Of a stretch of DNA of 63,663 nucleotides, positions 24,072-33,900 are shown in pieces. The first letter of the stretch is position 1; each line of letters opens with the position of its first letter. The translations under genes and the position numbers were made by a program. The notes beneath the pieces are model-generated. The model was given only the letters and a program-made list of their open reading frames with translations, ran no database searches and was not told where the DNA came from. The DNA is from Oculina patagonica (Eukaryota): positions 33,418,338 through 33,482,000 of the forward strand of contig NC_135761.1 in NCBI RefSeq assembly GCF_052425735.1. Direction: 5' to 3'.

Positions 24072-25810
24072 AATTCTCGCTAGAGAAACTAACCAGAACA
24101 CAAGACAACCACCAAACATTTCTTTGGGAAAGGAAGTTTATTTTCAGAACAAGAAACAAATGCAGGAAAAAACTACACCGGAAATGAAACTTCAGCCCAC
24201 ATAGGGTGGGAGGGAAGGGTAGAAAATTATCCGTGTAATCAAACTATCAGTAAACTTATGCGAATCAACCGGTTAACAATTCCAACTGAGGTACGCCCTT
24301 TTGTAACGTACAATATATACAATGTCCATTAATAAGTAATAATTAATAAAATCATGTGATATACACGCCTCGCTCAAATTAATTATTTTAAGCTGGGCTA
24401 AAAATATAACAATTCTCGCTAGAGAAACTAACCAGAACACAAGACAACCACCAAACATTTCTTTGGGAAAGGAAGTTTATTTCCAGAACAAGAAACAAAT
24501 GCAGGAAAAAACTACACCGGAAATGAAACTTCAGCCACCAACGAGGAACCCCAAATAAAAGAAGATGGTTGTCTTGTGAATCAAGCTAGAGAAAACCTAG
24601 GTATTGTGCAAAAGACGAAGCTTCATCTGCTCAGCGACTTGAACCTTAGCTGGCAACGAAATTTCTAAATAAGTCTTGTAAGCATCAGACGCCCAGTCGC
24701 CAAAAATCTGAATGAGTTCGCCTGGAACTCCACAGTGAAACGCAAATGTGGCCGCCCCCCTACGAAAACTGTGTCCCCGATACAATTTCGGAAAAGAAAC
24801 ACCTGCAAGGGTCAACTTAGCCCTCAAAAAGGAAATAAATTCGCCCTTGTGCAGAGAGACAAAATGACCCCTACGTGAAGAATAAGTAAACGCGGGTGCC
24901 GAGCAAGTAGCAGGGAAAAAACTAATCATGCGCGAATACGTGGCCACTGGACAAATAGGAGAGTTCTCTAATCGTACTAAAGGTAACATTAAGCGACGTT
25001 CCCCGAACTGAATAGTTTTTGACCATTTAAATAACACTAATAAACCCGCCTGGCACTCAAAAATATCCCCTCGACAAAGGTGCTGGACCTTGTCAAAACG
25101 AGAAGCTGCTTGAGGGATAATGTTGGAAACCCGAGCGAAAAGGAAAAAGGTAAAAAGGAAGGCACACATAAATGTGACCTCTTTTCCGTCGGCAAGGTCA
25201 GTGACGGAAACCAACTGTGACAAAATATCGGGGGTAATGGGGGGTGCACGATTGGGAGTATGTTTGACGGTACGCTGAAGACCTTTCAACGTCAAACGAA
25301 CCTCGTACGATTGCAGGAAAGGGAACTCAAAACCCGCAACTAAATGCAAAAGCTTAACCCCACTTAAATAGTTTCGAATAGACTGCGGAGTAAGTGATCG
25401 ACTGAGAAATTGACAATACAATGCAAGAACATGAGCAGTGGCTGGAACTGGTGTTAAGTCAAAATATAAACAAAATGCTAAATAACTTTTCCACTGCGAT
25501 CTATGATTCTTATGAGTTCCTGGTGCGTACGCATTTAGTCGAGTGCGCTTTAAGTCTTCCTCTAGCACAAGTCGTTCAGCATCTGTAAAAGAACAAAAGT
25601 TACAAATCACTATTGAGCGTAGAAAATTATCCGTGTAATCAAACTATCAGTAAACTTATGCGAATCAACCGGTTAACAATTCCAACTGAGGTACGCCCTT
25701 TTGTAACGTACAATATATACAATGTCCATTAATAAGTAATAATTAATAAAATCATGTGATATACACGCCTCGCTCAAATTAATTATTTTAAGCTGGGCTA
25801 AAAATATAAC
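24072..25810 (-). mobile_element. YR-only element with Ngaro/PAT-type split direct repeats
   Basis: 126-bp repeat at 24072-24197 and 24411-24536 (one mismatch seen); 192-bp repeat at 24219-24410 and 25619-25810. Order on the minus strand is A1-ORF-B1-A2-B2. Confidence 0.9.
24597..25610 (-). CDS. Tyrosine recombinase (DIRS/Ngaro type), open and catalytically complete
   Basis: 337-codon open frame with FAR (R), SKT (K), GHSFRR (HxxR), GDW and AYKTY (Y). The annotated start is GTG; a TTTTACAG splice acceptor lies near 25584. Confidence 0.92.
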   Translation of the reverse strand: MICNFCSFTDAERLVLEEDLKRTRLNAYAPGTHKNHRSQWKSYLAFCLYFDLTPVPATAHVLALYCQFLSRSLTPQSIRNYLSGVKLLHLVAGFEFPFLQSYEVRLTLKGLQRTVKHTPNRAPPITPDILSQLVSVTDLADGKEVTFMCAFLFTFFLFARVSNIIPQAASRFDKVQHLCRGDIFECQAGLLVLFKWSKTIQFGERRLMLPLVRLENSPICPVATYSRMISFFPATCSAPAFTYSSRRGHFVSLHKGEFISFLRAKLTLAGVSFPKLYRGHSFRRGAATFAFHCGVPGELIQIFGDWASDAYKTYLEISLPAKVQVAEQMKLRLLHNT

Positions 25811-26469
25811 CATACTTGGTACAGTTATAAAGAACTATCTTTCTTCTTTCAATTTATCAAAATAGATTCGGCAAATTTGGATGATCAACGGCCAAGAAGT
25901 TCGAAGATATGTTATTGATGTTTTGAACAGCCTCAAATTTACTACAAAATGAAAGGCTTATAACTCCACTGTTATCTCGATTTAGAACTAGCCATTAACC
26001 ATGAACAAAGCTTGTTCATTGGTGAATTGATTCAATTATTAAAAAAATTGGGGAAATGAAACAGTTAAGAATAAAAAAAATATAGAACCTCTAGTAAATT
26101 GGCCATTTCAGCGCCATTTCAGCTTTGCTTGTCTTAAACAAATACATGATCTTTGCCAAAGATATGGCGATTTTTGAGCGTACAATCCTTTTTCCAAATT
26201 TTTATATCGGCAAATTTGTTGTCGAGATTATACGCTGTTGTTATTCAATATTCGTTTCACAAGAACTTCTGTTGCTCACATTTTCCAAATCACTGTTTAA
26301 GAAATTGCCCATTCCGTAACAGAGTCATTTTTTATGTTTCTTTAAAAATTACTAGGAATGCAAGAATGTCATAGAACGATTTTATACAGTGAAAATACCT
26401 GTCAGACATAACTTCAACTGTTCGTGTTATCTGGCTGTTTTCACGAATATGCAAATTAAGGAATTCCGG

Positions 26470-27390
26470 CAGACGACACACTTGTTTACAACGGCCTTGG
26501 CCATTTTTCTGAGCGTGATTATCCAGTACTTTCACCTCGCTTTGTGCATTAACCTCTTGTAGCTGCAGTGCCCTTGTTTCTGGTGCAGGTGACGCAAGAG
26601 AAGGATCGCCAGTTGATGGTCTCTAGGCAACTTGATAAGGTTCCCTATTTCTTTCGGGAGGATTCTTGCATTTTCAAGGCGGCCATGAGCTCTGATCAGC
26701 CCCTCCTTGTCTGTTTTAGCGATGAGCTTCTTGTCGAGGTGTGATACGTCTTTGTGGAGGTGACTCCATTTAAGAAGTTGTGATTCTGAGTGCAATAGCT
26801 TCTGAACTGTCAGAGAACCTTTAGAAACAGCTCTAGGTCTCATTACTTCAACAAAACGACACACATGAGCCAGGACTTTGCGGATCTTTGAGAATGATTA
26901 GCATCTTTGCAATAAGTAGCAGAAGATAGGGTTGCTGTCCTCTTAACTGCAGGTACAGAGGTGGCATAAAACTCTCCGGTCGTACCAATGGTTTTGTCAA
27001 CTTGCTTCAATCATGTTGAAGAGCCTGGTCATTATCTTGAAATTGAGGCCACTCAGTTTCTGGTAACTTCAGGAATGCCAGTCCTGATATCCAGCTTTTG
27101 AGGTCCTCAGGTGCAAGTCCTCTTGTGAGGGCATCGGCTGGGTTATACTTGGATTTGATGTAGCCGAATTGTTCTGATCGAACTGTTTCTTGGATTTCTG
27201 CAACTCGAACCGAAACAAATGGTCTGACTTCTCGAGCTGGCGTCTTGATCCACATTAAGAGTCCATCCATAAAGTCTTGTAATAATCCTTGAAACTAACA
27301 AAGGCCAGCGCCTCTTGGAACGTGTTGTAAATCCTTGTAAGTGCTAGGCATCCCAAGAGTTCAAGTTGGGATAGTTTTTTTTGTTTCAGC
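26470..27390 (-). pseudogene. BEL/Pao pol fragment, copy 2
   Basis: Matches ~5325-6290; WIKTPAREVRPFVSVRVAEIQE, NPADALTRG. Confidence 0.9.
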
Positions 27391-27414
27391 GCCCCTTTTT
27401 TTGGTGATTTGCTT

Positions 27415-27705
27415 TTAGAGTGTTAAAAAGGAGTCAGAAAAAGGGTAGGTATTGGGTTTGTTGATGGGTTTGCCATCTGGGAAATGATTAGAGCAAACCA
27501 CGACACTCTCCCTTGACTTTCCTATTGAGAAGTCCTTTCTACCCTTCTGGACCTGCCTTACACCATGTCCAATCATTGCATCTTTGGGCTTGTAGAATGA
27601 TAATGTTTCTTCATGTGAGTGAAGGACCCATTTTTCAGGATACCTCCAATCGTTGTCGCAGCATCCAACGCAACACTTTTTTTTTCTATCCAGAACCCAT
27701 TTCAA
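27415..27705 (-). pseudogene. THAP (C2CH) zinc-finger fragment, copy 2
   Basis: CCVGCCDN...FYKP...VVCSNHFPDGKP..P. Confidence 0.75.
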
Positions 27706-27810
27706 CAGCTAATTTTCTAACTAGCTATAATATCTCCCTGTGAAGTACACTAGCTAGCTGTCTACCTGTCTCAATCTTGCAGATCTTGTACAATAAGAAT
27801 GGCTAAAAAT

Positions 27811-27867
27811 TAAGAAATAGAAAACATGTTCCGTGTTTCTATCGAGTTATAGAAACACGAGTGGAAG

Positions 27868-27898
<31 letters not shown>

Positions 27899-27946
27899 AA
27901 GTCGATAGACGAGTGTTTCCACAGCTTTTTCGAGTTCTCCCAAACT

Positions 27947-27980
<34 letters not shown>

Positions 27981-28791
27981 GGAAACATGTTTTCTATTTC
28001 TTTTAGAAAACAGCACAAAGTAAATAACGCACATCAAAGTAACGTAGATTCTCTTCACCTCGCGGTTTTACGTCATGAACATAATCAGCCAATCATAGTA
28101 AGGGAGTCGATGAACAGAAATAAATCAACTGTTTAACTTTTGATTCAAGGCTAAAATTCACCGTTTTTTGGCCAAACAAACAAAGAAACAGGCCCCAAAG
28201 TTAACGTAATTATAAGAAATAACTAAGCCGATGGTTTAACTGAAGTCGAGCACTGGAAGGAGTCAAGAATTGTGGTTTTATTTCGCTTCATCGAACTAAC
28301 CAAATGGTTTGACGACCGATGCTGTCGATCGAGCGACTCGAACCTTGGAGGTGAAAGTGCATTATTTTCCTGTTAAAAGAAGTTTGACTCGGCATTCTGA
28401 ACGAATACCTTGTCCTGTTGAGGAGCTGTGAATAGTTCTGAAGTGCTGCAAAGCCTAGAATGGAGTGAAGTTGCGCCAATTCATATACTTCTTTGAAAGG
28501 TCAGCCGCTTCGATAATTTCTTTCACAGACTATTTTTGAATGTGTAGCGGGCTCTGTAAACATCTTACTCGCTTGTTTTCAAGTGTGCAAATATTTGTTT
28601 AGTCTTAACCTGGTTTTTGTCAGCTGTGACATTAAAATTTGGCACAATTCATAGTTGTTATTTTTGCATTGCTTGTTTCAGCGCCGTGAATATTGATTGC
28701 CGTATCTACGACAACTGTCTGTGTCTCCATCGAGTTATAGAAACACAATTTTTAACCAATCAGCGCACGTATTTACTTTGTGCTATTTTCT
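27811..28791. mobile_element. Non-autonomous hairpin-ended element (Crypton-like candidate)
   Basis: ~190-bp foldback at 27812-28002; 28005-28026 is inverted-repeated at the far end; absent from the paralogous site near 6773. Confidence 0.75.
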
Positions 28792-30769
28792 AATACAGTT
28801 TTGATGGTCTCAACATAACGAAAACCATTTTTTGTCGAGTGATGCTATTATTTTTAGGCCAAAACATTTACATTCAAGTAAAATTATTGAGTTACATATA
28901 TCATAGTTGCTCCCATCTGGGAGGCATACGTTAAAATACATTTCAAATATATGTTTGAAAAGAAGATTCACACGCAAATAGTATCCAACATAAAGCACAA
29001 AGAATTGATGATATTTCAACCAGATAAACTCTCAGCTCAAAGGATGTCTTATCTAAATTTAAGCAGAATTTCAAAGGGACCCAACGAAAGATTTACCGAA
29101 AAATTGTAATAACACATGCAGACCTCAGTTTTGCCTCGGATTTTCAAAGGATTGTATAGCACGTTGCCTAGCAACCATGTTTTGTTTGCCCCCCTCCCAA
29201 CCAAGATGGCGTCAGAAACCGTGGAAGGGTCTATTGGCCGTATTACAGTCACTGAAGGTGTATATACATCAACATAACCCTCAGAAAAAAAGTACAGGCA
29301 CTTGACTTTATGTTGAATATGAATGCTCGATGAATGAATCGACGCCATTATGGCAATGGTGAACTGGAGAAATTCTTGCGTAATAAGCTTGTTTTGATCG
29401 ATATTGCTTACAAAACAAAGGCTAACTATGATTGTTTTGATTAGAAAATGACTCAACAGGTAAGATTCTATGAGGCTGAGGGCAGTTTCACTGTTGCAAG
29501 TGTTTTTGTTGGTGAGCAGACAAAATAATAATTTCGCCAAAATATGCAAAACCTGATTTTTGAGGCTCGTTTATTAAATTCCCAAAAATGTAAAAGAGCC
29601 CGCCCCACAGAGATCTTAACAGTTTTAGCAACTAGGATATCTGTGTAAACTGACTGCATAGTTTCTGGTCTGGAACCGGTGTACTTTTGGAGACCAAAAT
29701 GGCTGAAAATGCACTTAGTTGATTGACTAATTAGTCGTTGTAAATGCAATGTAGGAAAAAGCCTGATACATTAATTTAAACTAGAATAATGACTTTACAT
29801 TTGATTTAAGTCTTGAACAGTAGTGTTTTAATGGGCTCGAGGAACAGGTGTTTACATTTTTTACATTTTTGAGCATGTTTTGAGTGAAAAATTAGAGACC
29901 CCAACAAACAATGGGTGTTGCCATGTCAACAATAAGGTTGCAACCTTAAAATAAAATTTTTGTACATCCCCCTGAATATGTTACTCCAAGCAAAATGTGA
30001 AGGGGTTAAAACAAATTCATTTCCCACTTTGCTTCATTCATACACAGAGTTGCTCTTAACATGTCAGGAGACAAACATTTTCACTGCACCCAAGTGCATG
30101 TTCTCGCATAAACAAAGCCTCACTTATGGGAAGGGCAAAATTTTACCTGCTGACAAATTTTCAGGTGTGGCCATAAATCTACTGACTCTTTATTATCAGT
30201 ATTAAGTAGCAATATGCATTATACAACTGATATCTATACTACTCTATAGATTGGTAACCTGACATGTTGTGCTACAAAACAATATACAGATATTAAAAGA
30301 CACATCTATTCAGGTACATTGCGAATATCCACACAAAATTATTGAAAGTGACACTTTCAGAAAATACCAAATATGCTGCCCACAGTCTGATAATCATTCT
30401 CATAATGAGATAACAAGCCTTTGTCAAAGTATTTTTCCTTCACTGCTTGCATAATCAGTTTGAAGAACTCTTTCCTTGGACCTCCAAGATCCTGGGCTTC
30501 CTGTTGTAATCAATAATTGATCATTAACTAAGATAACTTAAGTACATAGAAAATTATCGCATAAAAGGCTATGACATGTAACATTTTCTTCCCCAATTAG
30601 TTATCAGTACCAGCATTAGGATGCACATAATCTTATCATGCAAATTAGCTAAATGTTAGTGATTATTCCTGGAAGTAATGTACTGTACAGTGTTATATCA
30701 TACAAAAGTTATAAAACATTTTTTGTAGGATGTTGCCTTTCAAGAAAAAGTTGTCTGCCTTAATCTGTT

Positions 30770-31750
30770 ACAGCTGGTGGAAATAGAATGTCAGCAATTC
30801 TTCAATGCCATCAGCCAGTAGGAAAGTTGGTAACTGTCCGTTTTGCAGGAGAGCAATTTTAAGGGGACAGACCACGATTGGAATAGAGCTCCTGAAAATA
30901 TCTAATTGCCGTGACCGTTCATCAGTAGGATGGCTAAAATGCGTGCAATTCCACAATTGGTTTCGGCTCCATTAAATCCTATACCAATTGCAGAACATTT
31001 TAGGAGGAGCCACCCACGATGTGAGCACAGATACAGACAAGACAAATAATAAGGAAAATAACGTGAAATAAATGTAAACCGCTAAATTACGAAGTAAGCG
31101 CACACGTCAAGTAAATTAAGTGTAGCGCGCACATTAAATGAATCAGGAGAGCAAAACCCATCATGATGCCTTCATTTAAATAATCATCAGATAGATGTTC
31201 TCTGAGGCCAGGGTCAAAATACTTCTCCTTGATTGCCAAATTCATCAGGCAGATCCATTCTTTGTGTGGCCCACCTAGATCCCTTGCCTTTTATCCCATA
31301 AAATCCACCTCAAATGTAATATGGAAATTATCTATGGATTAAGCTCTGTGAAAGTTGTCTTTAAAATGTCATGTCTGTCTATGCAAATGTAGTTGGTTTC
31401 ACCTTCCTTTAGTTCAGACACTGGCCACATCGAGATTACGCCCTTGAACAAGCTCCTTTTGTGAGAAACTCAAAATTTCAACAGCATCATTTTTAGGCCT
31501 TGCTTGTGGATTTCTTCAATCAGCAGATCAGCATTTCAGTCTGCAACAACATATGCATTTCCATTTGTACTCACTAACAAATCCTGATTAATTTCAGCAC
31601 ATTGATTATCTGCAACACCAGAAATCAGATTTTCTGCTGCCACACGTCCATTAGAGTCCCAGGAAGCATCAGCAATTCCACCAGTCTGTAGGTTACTGCA
31701 CAAATCTGGATCCGTTTCACTGAGGGTGATTGTTTGTTTAAAGGTAGACA
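30770..31750 (-). pseudogene. HECT-type E3 ligase-like relic
   Basis: Manual translation GETNYICIDRHDILKTTF..FEVDFMG*KARDLGGPHKEW..GIMMGFALL, then QNGQLPTFL; contains stops and frameshifts. Confidence 0.65.
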
Positions 31751-33099
31751 TTAACAACTTAACAACAAATAATTATTAAAAATAAACATTTCATGACATA
31801 TAGGGCACGAGGTTTACGAGGAACAGTAACCATTTCACATTTCATGTGAAATAAAGAGGCCATTTGGGGTCACAAAGATACCATTCACCACCCTCTTTAT
31901 TGTCTTATTTAACTTTAACATTCACATTTCACATATCTCTAAACAATCAGTAGACAAACAAGAAAAGTTCAAAATTCAACAGGAGATGTGAGATCTTCCT
32001 CCCCCAATATCGTTCTTGGTAAACAAAGGGCTATGTTACTGATGTTTGAACAGCCAAAATGTATTTTGTGGTCGTTGATGTAACCTAAAAATAATACTGT
32101 CCATTTTAAAAAAATGCTTTGAAGTGCTACTGAAACTGTTAAGGTGCGTCTTTGGCTGCGGATGAAAACAGATTGCAACTTGAAAAAGAAAGGATAAGGG
32201 TTTTGAAGTTGTTTCCGCGTTTCTTAACAAACAAAAATGCTAGCCATAGTTTCAATTCTATCCATAAAGTCAACATAGATTATACCTTCATTTAGAGGTT
32301 CAAAAACTGTAAAGATTCTTCTAATTTCAAATAAAAGGTTTTGACCAAAAACTTGCAAAATTCTGAAACATAGCTTCTTTAAGAGGTAAATGTGTCATTT
32401 TTGTATGCTATATGATATGAATCTTCTTCATTAATAATTGTAACAATTCAAGAATTGTAATAGCCCAGTTCATCTGAGATTGTGGTGTTCTTCATATACC
32501 TTTATAAATATATTTGCAAGTGGCTACTGAGGTTGTAAAAGGCCATTTCGTATTTACCCTAAGTTGCCTCTGTTTCAAAACGAGTCTATGTGTAAGGCCA
32601 TTCATATGAAAACAAGTTTCACCTACAGGTCGTCCATTTTCATGCAAATCAACCTCATTCATTGCCACTTAACAGCAAATTGGGGCATGTCCATGTAAGC
32701 CATTACAACCTGTCTAACCGTGTTATTTGACAGGTTAAATGCCACTTGATTTATACACAGTTCTATAAACAACATTTTCTGCTGCATAAGATGTTTTAAC
32801 TTGCCTTCTATATGTTTCCTGATTTTTCCATTGACAGGCAATGGCAAAGAGCTAGAGTTTATGATGTCACATAAGGAATTAAAACTTTTCATCAGATATG
32901 CACATCCCCATTTGACTTTCTCTTGACTGCATCAATCAAACTCTTAAATAAAAGAGTTTCCAGTTCTTACCATGATGTCTTGGTAATGTCAACATTTCTA
33001 TCAGTAATTAACTGATTACTGCTAACACTGTTACTCTGAACAAAGTGCTTATCTCGTCTTCTTCCTTCTTTCCCCCTCATGTCCTTATCTTTAGAACTA

Positions 33100-33900
33100 T
33101 CTCACTTCCCATAAGGATTACCGCAATTGAAACATTTGCAATTGTTGCACCCCTGCTCAATAACAAAGCAAGGGCATGACACTCTGCGCTCCCCTGGAAT
33201 CTGAACACAAAATTCTTTCATAGGTCCGTCTGCTAACGGTCTACGGGCAGCACCATTTCCCCATCTGCATCCATCTGACTTTTGATGGCTCCTCGTGTAC
33301 TTGCTCAAGGTCTGGATGAGCTGCTGTCATAGTTGAGTTAGGCAGAATGACTGCATCATAGTGACCTGGTCCAGCATGGTTAAAAGCAAGGTATATGGGA
33401 GCTGCTGTAATTGGTCTTGATCTTGGAGAGACTGGAATAACAGCAAAGATTTCCATTAATGTAAACACCACAAATGACATCTTTAAAACGTTGGCCAAAC
33501 CAAGCAACATCATATTTCCCATCTGACCAGTGAAGACACCAGGCATTCTATACTCAAGTGCCATATCCTCCAGTTCAGTGTCAATAAGAAATCTTCATAT
33601 TCTTATTTGTTTTAGTTTTTTTATTAAATGTTTATTAATTATAAGAAAAAAATATTCTTGTTTGTTGCTTGGCCACTCACTGACCAGTTCCCCTCTCAGA
33701 AAAATAACTTTTTCTGACAAAGTGTTACACAATTTAAGCCTTTCCAACAAATCTGACAGGTCATTGCTGTCTGATAGAGGTGCCATCTGTTCCAGTCAAA
33801 AGATAACTGATGAAAACAAGCAGTCTCCATGTTTTGGTACTGGAGTAATTTTAAACCCTAATCCTGAAATAAAAGGGTTCAGTTTGATGTAAATAACTAT
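33100..33900 (-). pseudogene. OTU-like cysteine protease plus CXC-type cysteine cluster
   Basis: PVPKHGDCLF (Cys box), GPGHYDAV (His box), then CPCF..GC.NCKCFNCGNP. Confidence 0.75.
33605..33651 (+). mobile_element. 47-bp A-tailed insertion
   Basis: Flanked by ATATTCTT at 33597-33604 and 33652-33659. Confidence 0.55.

Noticed and set aside
24597-25610. Phage or bacterial integrase (contamination or HGT)
   Set aside because: GHSFRRG/GDW/AY motifs plus split direct repeats fit eukaryotic YR retrotransposons, and the flanks are eukaryotic repeats
23710-26468. Host element of the YR insertion bounded by GGAATTC
   Set aside because: GGAATTC occurs near both ends, but I found no extended TIR or clear TSD to define it
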